DNA from: Chiloscyllium plagiosum
Taxonomy: Eukaryota
Length of the DNA: 64,000 nt
NCBI RefSeq assembly: GCF_004010195.1
Contig: NC_057755.1
Location: forward strand, 8,967,306 to 9,031,305
Direction of reading: 5' to 3'
Part shown: piece after piece, positions 25,545 to 38,600 of the stretch
Layout of the letters: each line of letters starts with the position of its first letter
How positions within the stretch are numbered: the first letter of the stretch is position 1
Program-made: the position numbers and the translations under genes
The notes under the pieces: model-generated
Seen by the model: only the letters and a program-made list of their open reading frames with translations
Told to the model about the DNA's origin: nothing
Databases searched by the model: none

Positions 25545-25835
25545 CCGTAGAATCCCTACAGTGTGGAAGCAGGCCCTTCGGCCCAACAAGTCTACATCAG
25601 CCCTCTGGAGGTTAATCCACACAGACCAATTCCCCCACCCTTCATTTATCCCTGACTAATGCACCTAACCTCCACATTGCTGAACACTCAAGGACAATTA
25701 AGCATCCCAATTCATCCAACCTGCACATCTTTAGACTGTGGGAGGGAACCCACGCAGACCCGCAAGAGAATGCACAGACACCCGAGGCTGGAATAAAACC
25801 CGGAGTTCCCAGCACTATGAGGCAGCAGTGTTAAC
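25545..25835 (-). mobile_element. tRNA-derived SINE (HE1/V-SINE type)
   Basis: Homologous to 3735-4045. Confidence 0.85.
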
Positions 25836-26819
25836 GGAAAAGCTACTGTGCCTCTTCATTCTGATCCCCTTCATGTTTCTCAATTTCTTTCCTATCGCAT
25901 CCTTGTAGTTCATCAGTCTTCCGTTAACGCTGCAGTTTCAAAAATGAATAGTTACTTTGTTGTTAATGTTATAATGGGCCAGAAGGAGAGGCTGGAAAAA
26001 AAAAACTCAGGTTGTGATCTCTGGAGCGGAGGTGAAGTGATTACATTCTGAGATGGCGTTGACAATGAGAATCTTGTTCCCAGAATCTAAATGTGTAATG
26101 CTTGGGGGTGGGGGAGCATTTATGCTGCGACAGGATAATATCAAAGGAGATGTGAGGGTAAGATTTTTAATGCAGAGACAGGTAGGAGTCTGGAATGCAC
26201 TGCAGGAGTGTTGGTGGAGGCAGACACTGTAGGGGTGCTTAAGGGGCTTGTAGATAAACACGTGAATATGGAATGAATGGAAGATATGGACTAAGGCCAG
26301 GCAGAAGGGATTACTTTCATTTAGCCTCATGTTCGGTACGACATCGTGGTCAGTAAGGCCGTTCCTGTGTTGTACTGCTGTTTGTTCTATGATCTTAGTG
26401 CCCAAAAGCAGTTGTTGATAAGGTTTGGTTAGAAACAACTGAAGCAATATTGAACCTCGTGTTGTAATTAACTGTGTTGTGAATCCCATGATAGTCAGAC
26501 CGATTTGACCTGGCTATCTATCCCTGTGTGCTAAGATAATTGGGAGAATGGCTCAGGATCTGGGAACACAAGCAATGTGCAATTGGATATTAGAGACGCT
26601 TTACAGTAGGTGATAAATTTGGTTTCAGAATGAAGCTGGCATGATAAGTTGTTGAAATCGTTTCAGATGTTCCGGGTCAGGCCAACAGCTAAACCAACAG
26701 AGTCAGCCAGGAGACAGGAAATAGAGTTGTCAGGGTGAGTTAAGACGGTAGACATTGTGGTTTCACACCAAAACTGTTGGTTTGAAGGAAGTTTTGGAGA
26801 GGCAAAGTAGGCCATCGAG

Positions 26820-28930
26820 TCAGAGAGTCAGAGAGATGTATAGCACAGAAACACACCCGTTGGTCCAATTCATCCTTGCCGAGTGATAACCCTAAATTAA
26901 TCTCGTCCCATTTGTCAGCACTTGACCCATATCCCTCTCAACCCTTCATATTCAGATACCCATCCAGATGCCTTTTAAATGCTGTAATTGTACTAGTCTT
27001 CATCACTTCTTCTGGCAGCTCATTCCATACATGTACCACCCTCTGTGTGAAAAAGTTGCCCCTTAGGTCTCTTTTATATCTTTCCCCTCTCATCCTAAAC
27101 CTATGCCCCTCCAGTTCTGGACTCCCCCAACCCAGGGAAAAGACTTTGTATATTTATCCTATCCATGCCCCTCAAAATTTTGCAAACCTCGATTAGGTCA
27201 CCCCTCAGCCTCCGACATTCCAGGGAAAACAGCTTCAGCCTGTTCAGTCTCTCCCTATCGCTGAAACACTCTAGCCCTGGAAACACCCTTGCAAATCTTT
27301 TCTGAACCCTTTCAAACTTTCCAATATCCTTCCGAAAAGAAGGAGACCAGAATTGCATGCAAAACTGTACAAGTGTCCGATCCCATGTCCTGTACAGCCT
27401 CAACATGACCTCCCAACTCCTCTACTCAATACTCTGATCAATAAAGGAAAGCATACCAAATGCCATCTTCACTATCCTATGAACCTGCACATACGTTCAA
27501 GGAACTATGAACCTGAACTCCAAGGTCTCCTTTTTCAGCAACATCCCCTTATCATGAAGTCATAAACTGATTTGCTTTTACAAAATACAACACCTCACAC
27601 TTATCGAAAATTTCACTCCATTTGCCACTCCTCAACCCATTGGCCCATCTGATCAAGATCCCTTATAATCTGAGGTAATCTTCGCTGTTACTATTCCTAC
27701 AATTTTGGTGTCATCTTCAAATTTACTACCAACCTCCTATGTTCGCATCCAAATCATTTATAGAAATGAAAAAAAGAAGTGGACCTAGCACCGATCCTTG
27801 TGGCACTCCACTGGTCACAGGACTTCAGTCTGAAAAGCAACCCACCACCACCACCCTCTCTCTTCTACCTTTGAGCCAGTTCTGTATCTAAATGGATAGT
27901 TCTCCCTGTATTCCATGTGATCTAATCTTGCTCACCAGTATCCCATGAGGAACCTTGACGAATGCCTTACTGAAGTCCATATAGATTACATCTACAGCTC
28001 AGTCTTCATCAATCTTCTTCGTTACTTCTTTAAAATGAAAATCTGAATCAAGTTCGTGAGACATGATTTCCCACGTACATACCCATGCTGATGATTACGA
28101 ATCAGTCCTTGCCTTTCTAAATACATGTCAATCCTGTCCTTCAAGATTTCCTCCAACAACTTGCCCACCACCGACGTCAGGCTATAGATCTATAGATCCC
28201 TGGCTTGTCCTTAACACCTTTATTAAACAATGGCAGCACGTTAGCCAACCTCCAGTCTTCTGGCATCTCACCTATTGCTATCAATAATCCACATATCTCA
28301 GCAAAGGGACCAGCAATCACTTATCTAGCTTCCCACAGAACTCTCGAGTACACCTGATCCTTGGAATTTATCCACTTTTGTGCGCTTTAAGACATTCAGC
28401 ACCTCCTCCTCTGTAATGTGGAGATTTTTAAAGATGTCACCATCTATTTCCCTACAGTCTATATCTTCCATATCCTTCTCCACAGTAAGTATTGATGCAA
28501 AATACTTGTTTAGCATCTTCCCCATCCACTGCTGTTCCACACAAAGGCCGCCTTGCTGATCTTTGAGGGGTCCTATTCTCTCCTTAGTTACCCTTTTGTC
28601 CTTAATGTATTTGTAAAAACCCTTTGGATTCTTCTTAACTCTATTTGCCAAAGCTAGCTCATGTCCCATTTTTGCCCTCCTGATTTCCCCCTTAAGTATA
28701 CTCCTACTGCCTTTATACACTTCTAAGGATTCACTTGAGCGACATATGCTATCTTCTTTTTCATAAGCAAGCTCTCAATCTCTCCAGTCTTCTAGAATTT
28801 CCTCCACCTACCAGCCTTTCCTTTCCCCCTATCAGGAACATACTGCCCATCGACTCTTGTCTTATTTTTGAACCCCTCCCACTCTGCAGCCAGCCTTTAC
28901 CTGCGATTATCTGCTTCAAATTAGAACTTC
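26820..28930 (-). mobile_element. 5'-truncated CR1 LINE (about 2.1 kb) inserted into cassette copy A
   Basis: Minus-strand ORF2 fragments (KNPKGFYKYIKDKR, RRLRGDLIEV). Absent from the paralogous position (about 31975) in cassette copy B. Confidence 0.88.
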
Positions 28931-29532
28931 AACTTTTCGACAGAAAACAAGATACAAAGTCAGAAATGGCTGGAAGAGCTCAGCAGGTCCAGCAGCATTT
29001 GTGGAGAGCAATCAGAGGTAACAGCTCCTGTCTGGTAACCCTTCCTCAGAACATTAGATAAATCAGACCGGCTGTCACTAACACAATTGGAAATGAGGTA
29101 TTTGAAGGTGGAACTCCAAGCAAAACTGAAATTTCGAAAGTGAATAAAGAGAAAGAGAACAAAACTTAAAAAAAAAGCGCAGAGGGGACAGACATACAGG
29201 AGCGTAACATTATTAATGAGGAAGCTAAAGCAGGCTAAAACAAACGTTTGGAGGAGTTTCAGCAGTTGGGAGTGTCATGGTAGCTTAGGGTATTGCACTA
29301 TTGCCTCACAGTGCTGGGGACCTGGATTGGAGTCCACTCATGAACCATGTGGCATTTGAATGGCCATCCCTTATCTGCCATTTTTTCCCTCCATATCTAA
29401 AGATGTGGAGGTGAGGTGGGTTGGCCATGGGAAATGTATGGTTCCAGAGATAGAGAAGAGTGAAGTTTCTGTGTGGAAGATCAGTGCTAAGGGGGTGCTG
29501 CTCTGTCGGAGAGTCGGGAGTGCCCGAGATAA

Positions 29533-29802
29533 AGTACTGAGGGAATGCCGCACTGATGGATGGTCAGTACTGAGGGAGTGCCACACTGACGGATGGTCAG
29601 TGCTGAGGGAGTGCTGCACTGTCAGAGGGGCAGTACTGAGAGAGTGCCGCATTGTTGGAGGGACAGTGCTATGGGATCACCACACTGTTGGCAGGTCAGT
29701 ACTGAGGGAGTGCCACACTTTCAGAGGGTCAGTACTGTAGACGTGCCACACTGTTGCAGAGGCAGTACTCTAGAAGTGCCACACGTTGGAGGGTCAGTAC
29801 TG
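29533..29802. repeat. Short array (about 8 units) of the same 33-bp satellite
   Basis: Same unit and same flanks as 32625-39295. Confidence 0.95.
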
Positions 29803-29828
29803 TAAGCTGCAGTTTTTTCCAGACTTAT

Positions 29829-30156
29829 TAGATTAGATTACATTACAGTGTGGTAACAGGCCCTTCGGCCCAACAAGTCCACACCGACCTGCCGAAGCGC
29901 AACCCACCCATACCCATACCCCGACATTTTACCCCTAACCTAACACTACGGGCAATTTAGCATGGCCAATTCACCTGACCTGCACATCTTTGTGACTGTG
30001 GGATGAAAGCGGAGTACCCAGAGGAAACCCACGCAGACACGGGGAGAACGTGCAAACTCCACACAGAGAGTCACCTAAAGCGGGAATTGAACCCGGGTCT
30101 CTGGCGCTGTGAGGCAGCAGTGCTAACCACTGTGCCACTGTGCCACCGTGCCGCCC
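29829..30156 (-). mobile_element. Young full-length tRNA-derived SINE (HE1/V-SINE type) with a 6-bp target-site duplication
   Basis: Intact A/B boxes. acttat at 29823-29828 and 30157-30162. The empty site is visible in paralogous sequence at about 575 and 39325. Confidence 0.92.
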
Positions 30157-30339
30157 ACTTATGAAGAGAGAACAATCAAGGATGTATATATCCTCCATTA
30201 CTTCCATTCGCAGTTTTCAGGATTTATTTGGGCTGAGAACAGGGACTGTCATTTCGATTTAATAGAATGAACAGCTGAAAGAAATCACTTCTTTCATTTC
30301 AATTGGATTCCAGGGAAGATTCTGAAGTTTGCTCTCACG

Positions 30340-30409
30340 TCACTAGAGGGCGGACTATTGCGAGCTCAACTGGCACACAGCATTATGCTCTGAATCCACT
30401 AGAGGGCAG
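30340..30409 (+). promoter_or_regulatory. Two tandem CTCF-consensus motifs, 56 bp apart
   Basis: tCACTAGAGGGCGG (30340) and CCACTAGAGGGCAG (30396) compared with the CTCF core consensus CCASYAGRKGGC. Confidence 0.6.
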
Positions 30410-32317
30410 TCTATTGTAAACTCAACTTGCCTATGCTTCACAATGAAAGATCAAGGAGATCAGAATAAAATTGCATTCAATGCTTGCATTGAAGACATGA
30501 AGCAGTAAGCATTTTATATTTTGGTGAAGCACACTGTAATGAGAAGGAAAGAAGAGCCATAGAGTAGCAATCTCAACAAAGCAGTATTTGGATATAATTA
30601 CAATGAAAATAAAACAGGATATCTTCAACTGGACGTTAATTTAATGCAGCATTTTTTACACGTCCACACATCCAAAATAAAATCATAATCCAGAAAACGC
30701 ATGGAGATAAAATTAAGCATAAAATCATAACTCCACTTTCTCCCCATGCTCTTGTATCCATTTAGTGTCTCCTTGAAAATATTGAATGCATTTTCTAAAC
30801 TTGTGGGTGTGGCAGAGAAAAGCTGGGTATATTTTGCAAACACCGCGACCTTACCCCCTGTGACTTTGCCCCGCATGACTTTGCCCTCCTAACTTTTCAA
30901 TCCACACACCTCCCCCCATGCCCAGTTTAATTGACACCTCCACCCCACGCAGTGCCCTTTCTGCCCCTGAAACCTCCGCTTGTCCACCGCACTCCGTTCA
31001 CTATAGACCCCTGCTTTGTTAAGGCACCCCCCTGAATTTTGGTAAATGGGTCTGTGTGGCGGGACTGGCCTGTGGCTGCTTCCCCACCCCTCTGCTGTGG
31101 ACGCACAGCAAGATCCCAACCCAAACACAGATTGTGATCTCTGGAGCAGGGGAGAAGTTTACAAAATTCTGAAATGGGATTGACAATTAGAAGTTTGCTC
31201 CCAGTGTTGAACAGTCAAATGCTAGGCGGAGGGCGGGAGGGGGTGCGGGGTGGGGGATGGGGTGTGTGCACGGGCAGGCGGCCACGCATATAAGGTGAGG
31301 TGGGGAAGGTTCAAAGGAGATGTGAGGGGCAGGTTTTCTAACACAGAGGGTGGCCAGAGTCTGGAACGCACCGTCAGGAGGGGTGGTGGAGAGTGATACA
31401 ATAGGGCGTTTAAGGGGCTTTTACATCAGTATGAATAAATGCAGAAAGATGGACCACAAGCAGACAGAACAGATTAGTTTCATTTGGCCTCAAGTTCGGT
31501 AAACATCTGGTGCAGTCCGGCCTGTACTGTTATATGTTCGATGACCTTGGTGCCCAAGATCAGTTGCTTATAAAGACCAGTTAGGAAAAGCAGATGCAAT
31601 TTTGAGGCTTGTGCTGTAATTTCTCTATGTTGTGAATCCAATAATCGTCAGACCGATTTGGCCTGGCTATCCATTCTTGTGTCCTAGATTAATCGGGAGA
31701 TTCGACCAGCATCTGTGAACAAAGACAACGTCAATCTGAAATTAGATATCGGGGATGCCTGAGAGTGGGTAATAAATTTGCTCGCAGAATTAAGATGGCA
31801 CTATAAGTTATTGAAAATGTTTCAAAGGTTGAGGGTCAGTGCAATAGCTAAACCAGCAGAGTCAGCCAGGAGACAGGAAATACAGTTGTCAGGGTGAGCT
31901 AAGACAGTTGAAATTATGCATATCACATTGAAGCTGTGGGTTATATGGAAATATTGGAGAGACAAAATAGGACATGAGGTACACAAGATGAATAACCAGA
32001 AATGGGTGGAAAAGCTGATGAGCTCCAGCAGCATCTGTGGAGAGAAATCAGAATTAACGTTTCCTGCCAGCGAACTGTCAACAGAACACAAGATAAATCA
32101 GATCAACTGTCATTAATGCAACTGGAAATTAGAGGTGGATTCCCAATAAGATGTGCAACCTAAGGAAAAACAAAATGAATTTCCCAAATTGGAAAAAGAG
32201 ACAGAGAACAAAACATTCAATATATAAACTGAAAGTGGTCAAAAGGCAGGAGTTTTGAATTATCAATGAGACAGCTGAAGCTGGTGAAAGCAAAGGAATG
32301 GAAGAGAGTAAACATTT

Positions 32318-32560
32318 GGGCGTGGTAAGGTGGCTCAGTGGTTAACACTGCTGCTTCCCACCGACAGGAATCTCGGTTTGATTCCAAACTCGGGCGACGT
32401 TCTGTGTGGAGGTTGAACATTCTCCCCGTGCCTGCAATGGATTTTCTTTTGCGGCTGCCCCCTGGATGCATCTCATATACAAAGACGTGGATGTGAGCAG
32501 GATTGGCCATGGAAAACGAAGGGCTCCAGGGAGAGGGAAGGGCGAACGGTATGTGTGGAT
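32318..32560 (+). mobile_element. Degenerate tRNA-derived SINE just before the long satellite array (paralogue at about 29270-29450)
   Basis: ggtggctcagtggttaacactgctgc..ggtttgattcc head and cattctccccgtg core. Confidence 0.75.
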
Positions 32561-32624
32561 AGCCCTTTGGAAATTTAGTGCTAAGAGAGGACCGCTACGT
32601 CAGAGAGTCTGGGGTGCCGGAGAT

Positions 32625-35600
32625 TCTGTGCTGAGGGAGTGTTGCACCGTCAGAAGGTCATTACTGAGGGATTACCAGACTGTCGGAGGGTCAGTACTGA
32701 GGGATTATCGCACTGTCGGAGGGTCAGTACTGAGGGATTACCAGACTGTCGGAGGGTCAGTACTGAGGGATTACCGCACTGTCGGAGGGTCAGTGCTGAG
32801 GGATTACCAGACTGTCGGAGGGTCAGCGCTGAGGGATTACCGCACTGTCGGAGGGTCAGTGCTGAGGGATTACCAGACTGTCAGAGGGTTAGTACTGAGA
32901 GAGTACCGCACTATCGAAGAGTCCATGCTGAGGGAGTGCTGCACTGTCAGAGAGACAGTGCTGAGGAACTTCCACACTGTTGAAGAATCAGTACTGAGGG
33001 AGTGCCACACAGTCGGAGGGTCAGTGCTGAGGCAGTGCCGCACTGTCAGAGGGTCAGGGCTGAGGGAGTGCCGCACTGTCAGAGGGTCAGTACTGAGGGG
33101 TTTCCAGACTGTCAGAGGATCAGTACTGAGGGAATGCTGCACTATCGGAGCGTCAGTGGTTGGGGAGTGCCGTACAGTCAGAGGGTCAATACTAAGGGAA
33201 TGCCCCACTTTTGAAGGGTCAGTACTGAGAATGTTATGCTAGGTCGGAGGGTCAGCACTGTGTGAGTGCTGCACTGACAAAGAGTTAGTGCTGTGGGAGC
33301 GCCACACACTTGGAAGGTCAGTGAAGAGGGAAAGTTGCAGTGTCAGAGATTCAGTATTGAGGGAGTGCCGTACTGTCGGATTGTCAGCACTGAGGGAGTG
33401 CCACGCTATCAGAGGGTCAGTACTGAGGGAGTGCTGCACTGTCAGATTGTCAGCACTGAGGGAGTGCCACGCTATCAGAGGGTCAGTACTGAGGGAATGC
33501 TGCACTGTCAGAGGGTCAGTGGTTGGGGAGTGCCGTACAGTCAGAGGGTCAATACTAAGGGAATGTCCCACTTTTGAAGGATCAGTGCTGAGAATGTTAT
33601 GCTAGGTCGGAGGGTCAGCACTGTGCTGCACTGACAAGCAGTTAGTGCTGTGGGAGCGCCACACAGTTGGAATGTCAGTGAAGAGGGAAAGTTGCAGTGT
33701 CAGAGATTCAGTACTGAGGGAGTGCTGGACTGTCAGAGTATCAGTCTTGAGAGAGCGCTGCACAGTCAGATGGCCGGTACCATGGCTGTGACACTCTCTT
33801 GGAAGGTCTGTACTGAGGGTGTGCTGCACTGTCGGACGGTCAGTGCTGAGGGAGTGCCACAGTGTCGGAGGTTCAGTGCTGATGGAATGCTACGCTGTCA
33901 GTGGGTAGGTGCTGAAGGAATGCTACATTGCTGAAATGTCAGTAATGAATGAGTGAGGCACTTTCAGAATGTCAGTACTGAGGGAGTGCAGCATTGACAG
34001 AGGCTCAGTATTGAGGGAGTGCCGCACTGTCGGAGGGTCAGAGCTGAGGGAGTGACGCACTGTCAGAGGGTCAGTGCTGAGGGAGTGCTGCACTGTCAGA
34101 TTGTCAGCACTGAGGGAGTGCCACACTGTCAGTGGTTCATGGCTGAGGGAGTGCCACACTGTTGGATTGTCAGTGGTGAGGGAGTGATGCACTGTCGCAG
34201 GGTCAGTACTGAGGGAGTGATGCACTATTAGAGGGTCAGTGCTGAGCGAGTTCTGCTATGTCGGATGGTCAGTACTAAGGGAGTGCTGCACTGTCAGATC
34301 GTCAGTACTGTGGGAGAGCTGCGCTGTCAGAAGGTCACTGCTCAAGGAGCACTGTAAAGTCGGAGAATCAGTGTTCAGGGAATGTGATGCTATTGGAGAG
34401 TTAGTACTGAGGGAGTGCTGCACTGACAAACGGTCAGTGCTGTGGGAGCGCTGCATTGTCGGCACATCAGTACTGAGGGAGTTCCAATGATGGGGTCAGT
34501 CAAGAGGGTTTGCTGCAATGTCGGAGTCTCAGTACTGAGGGAGTGCCACACTACTGGATGATGAGTACTGAGGCAGTGCTGCACTGTCAGAATGTCAGCG
34601 CTGAGGGAGTGCCACACTGTCAGAGGGACGGTACTGTGGGTGCGCTGTACTCTCGGAAAGTCAGTATTGAGGGAGTTTCACACTGTTGGAGGGTCAGTGG
34701 TGAGGGACTGCCGCACTGTCAGAGGGTCAGATCAGAGGGCATGTCGCACTGTCAGAGGTGCTGTATTGGGAGGGCATTGCACAGTCGTAGGGTTAGTACT
34801 GAGAGAGTGTTGCAGAGCCTGAGGGTCAGTACTGTGGGAGTGCTGCACTATTGGGTGGTCAGTACTGAGTGGGTGAGGCACTTTTGGAACGTCAGTAATG
34901 AGGGAATGCTACACTATCAGAGGGTGAGTAGTCAGGGAATGCTACACTATTTGAGGATCAGTACTGTGAAAGTGCTGCACTGTCGGAGGGTCAGTACTGA
35001 GGGAGTGCGGCAATGTCAGTGGGTTAGTTCTGAGGCAGTGCCACACTGTAAGAGAGTCAGTGTTGAGGAACTGCCGCATTCTCAAGGGTTCAGGATGGAG
35101 AGAGTGCTACATTTTTAGAGGGCCACTACTGAGGGAGTGCCACGCAGTCGGAGGGTCAGTATTGAGGGAGTGCTGCACCGTAGGAGGGTCAGTACTGAGG
35201 TAGTGCTGCACTGATGGAGGGTCAGGACTGAGGGAGTGCTGCACTGTCAGAGGGTCAGTACTGAGGGAGTGATGCACTGTCGGATGATTAGTACTGAGGG
35301 AATAATGCACAATCAGATGGGGAATTTTGTGGGCATGCCACACTGTCCAAGGGTCAGTGCTGAGGAGCGCTGTGCCAATGGAGGATCAGTCCTGAGGGAT
35401 CGCCGCAGTGTCGGAAGTGTAGTACTGAGGGATCACCGCACTATTGGAGGGTCAGTAGTGAGGGAGGACCTTACTGTCAGAGGTTCACTGCTGAGGGAGT
35501 GCTGCACTGTCGAGGGGTCAGTGCTGAGGAAGTCATGCACTGCTGGAGAGTCAGTACTGGTGGAGCACCGCAATGTCTTAGTATTAATACTGAGAGAGGG

Positions 35601-38600
35601 CCGTACTGTCAGAGGGTCATTACTGAGGGAGGGCCGCACTGTCAGAGGGTCTGTACTGAGGGAGTGCCGCACTGCGGGAGGGTCAGTACTTAGGCAGTGC
35701 AGCACTCTCGGAGGGTCAGTGCTGAGGTAGTGACACACTGCTGCAAGGTCAGTACTGAACGAACGCCGCATTGTCTTAGCATAAGAGAGGATGGTTCTGT
35801 TGGAGGCTGTGTGCTGAGCGAGTGTCGTACACTCAGAGGGTCAGTGCTGAGGGACTGCTGCACTGTTGGAGGGTCAGTGCTGAGAGAGTGATGCACTGTC
35901 AGAGGAACAGTGTCCAAGGGTCTATGCTAAAGTAGGACTGCACTTCCGATAGATCTGCACTGAGGGTCAGATACACTTTTGATGGGTCAGTAATAAAGGA
36001 GTGTTAATATATTGGAGGGTAATTATCCAGAGAGCGCTACATTATCAGAGGGTAAGTAGTGAAAGTGTGCCACACTGTTGGAGAGTAAGTAGTGAGGGAG
36101 TGCTTTACTGTTGGAGGGTAAGCAAAGAGAGAGTGCCCTACTGTCGGAGTATAGTACTGATTATGTTCTGCTATAATGGACGGTCAGTACTGAGGAAGTG
36201 TGCACTGTCAGAAGATCATTAGTGAAGGAGCACCATAATGTTGGAAGCTCAGTCCTTAGGTAAGGCTACACTGTCGGAGGGCCAGTACTGAGGGGGTGAC
36301 CACTGCCAGAGGTTCAGAGCTGAGGGAGTGCTGCACAGTCACAGGGTCATTACCGAGGGAGTGCTGAACTGTCAGAGGGCCAGTACTCAGTGAGGGCCGC
36401 ACTGTCAGAGGGTCAGTACTGAGGGAGTGCCGCACTGTCAAAGGGTCAGTACTGAGGGAGTGCTGCACTGTCAGAAGTTCATTTCTGAAGGAGCACTACA
36501 ATATTGGAGGCTCGGTAGTGAGAGAATGCTACACTGCCGGTGGTTCAGTACTGAGGGAGTGCTGCACAGCCAGAGGGTCAGTGTTGTGGAAGTGTTGCAA
36601 GATGGGAATGTCAGAAGAGACAGAGGGCTATAATATTGTGGTGACACGACTGAGGGAGGTTTGCACTGTTGGAGGATCCGTGCTGAAGGATTGCCTCATT
36701 GTCCGAGGGTCAGTGCTGAGGTGGTGTTGCATTGTCTGAGGGTCAGCACGAGGGAGAGCAGCACTCCTGGAGCATCTACGCTGAGGGAGTGCCATCCAAT
36801 CGGAGGGTCAATGCTGAGGGACTGCCGCACTGTTGGAGGATCAGTACTGAGGGAGTGCTGTACTGTTGGAGGGTGAGGATTGAGGGAGGCCGCACTGTCA
36901 GAGGGTCACTACTGAGGGAATGCCATACAGTCGGAGAGTTAGTGCTGATAAAGTGATGTATTGTCGTATGGTCAGTACTAAGGGTATGCTGCACTGTCAG
37001 AGTGTCAATGCTGAGGGAGTGACACATTGTCGGAAGGTCAGTGCTGAGGGAGTGATGCGGTATCAGAGGATCAGTACTGAGTGAGTGCAGCACTGTTTGA
37101 GGGTCAGTGCTGAGGCAGCGACACAGTGTGCAAAGGTCGGTGCTGAGGGAGGGTTGCACAGCACACAGAGCAGCAGTGGGGGTCTGCTGCACTTTTGATG
37201 GTCCAGTACTGAAGGAATGCTAATATATTGGAGGGTAATTACCGAAGGATCGTTAGACTGTCAGTGCTGAGTACGTGCTTCACTGTTAGAGTGTCAGTAC
37301 TGAGGGAGCACTGCACTGTCAGAGCGTCAATGCTAAATGGAGTGCCGCACTGTCAAAGGGTCAGTGGTGAGGGGGTGCCACACTGTAGGAGGGCAAGTGC
37401 TGAGTGAGTGCCCTAATGTCAGAGGGTCAGTACTGAGGGAGTCTGCATTATCAGAATGTCATTACTGAAGGAGCACGGCAATGGTGGAGACTCAGTAATG
37501 GTGGAGTGCCACACTGTTGCAGCGTCAGTGCTGAGAGGGTGCTGCACAGTCAGAAGGCAATTTCTGAAGGAGCACTGCAATATTGGAGGCTCGGTAGTGA
37601 GAGAATGCTGCACTGCCAGTGGTTCAGTACTGAGGGAGTGCTGCACGGCCAGAGGGTCGGTGTTGTGGGAGTATCGCAAGATGGGAGGGTAAGTAGAGAC
37701 TGAGGGCTACAATATTATGGTGTCACTACCGAGGGAGTGTTGCACTGTTGGAGGATCAGTGCTAAAGGAGTGCCGCATTGTCCGAGGGTCAGCTTTGAGG
37801 GGGTGTTGCATTGTCTGAGTGTCAGCACGTAGAGAATGCTGCACTGTTGGAGGATCTGTTCTGAGGGAGTGCCATGTAGTCAGAGGGTCATTGCTGAGGG
37901 CCTGCCGCTCTATCGAAGGGTCAGTACTGAAGAAGTGCCATAATATCAGTGGGTCAGCGCAAAGGGAGTGCTGCTCTGTCGGCGGTTCTGTGCTGAGGGA
38001 GTGCTGCACTGTTTGTGGGTCAGTATTGAAGGAGTGCGTACTGTCAGAGGGTCTGTGCTGAGGGATTGCTGCACTGTCAGAGTGTCGGTGCCGAGGGACT
38101 GCCGCACTGTCAAGGGTCAGTACTGAAGGTATGCCGTAATGTCAGAGGGTCAGCGCAGAGCAAGTGATGCTCTGTCGGAGGGTCTGTGCTGAGGCAATGC
38201 TGCACTGTTAGTTAGTCAGTAGTGAGGGAGTGCTGCACTGTTTGTAGGTCAGCATTGAAGGAGTGCTATTCTGTTGGAGGGTTTGTGCTGAGGTAATGTC
38301 TCACAGTCAGAGGGTTAGTGCTGAGGGAGTTCTGCACTTCTGAGTTTCAGCACTGAGGAAGTGCTGCACTGTTGGAGGGTCAGTGCTGACAGAGTGATGC
38401 ACTATCGGAATATCAGTACTGAGGGTGTGCCATCGTGTCCAAGGGTCTGTGCTGAGGGGAGACTGCATTGTCTACGGATCAGCACTGAGGGTCAGCTTCA
38501 CTATTGATCCGTCAGTACTGAAGTAGTGGTACTATATTGGAGGTATCTACTGAGGGACACCACATTATAAGAGAGTTAGTGCTGACACACTGTCACAGTG

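Larger units (their letters stand above)
25990..30825 (+). repeat. Tandem segmental duplication, copy A
   Basis: Colinear matches to 31125-40045, e.g. ttgtgatctctggagc (26011/31132), gtcagaccgattt..cctggctatc (26494/31647), agagtcagccaggagacaggaaata (26699/31858), tgtctccttgaaa.tattgaatgc (30766/39983). Confidence 0.9.

Noticed and set aside
30075..30156. tRNA-like sequence with A/B boxes
   Set aside because: It is the head of a SINE, continuous with the SINE core and tail and flanked by a target-site duplication. Not a tRNA gene.
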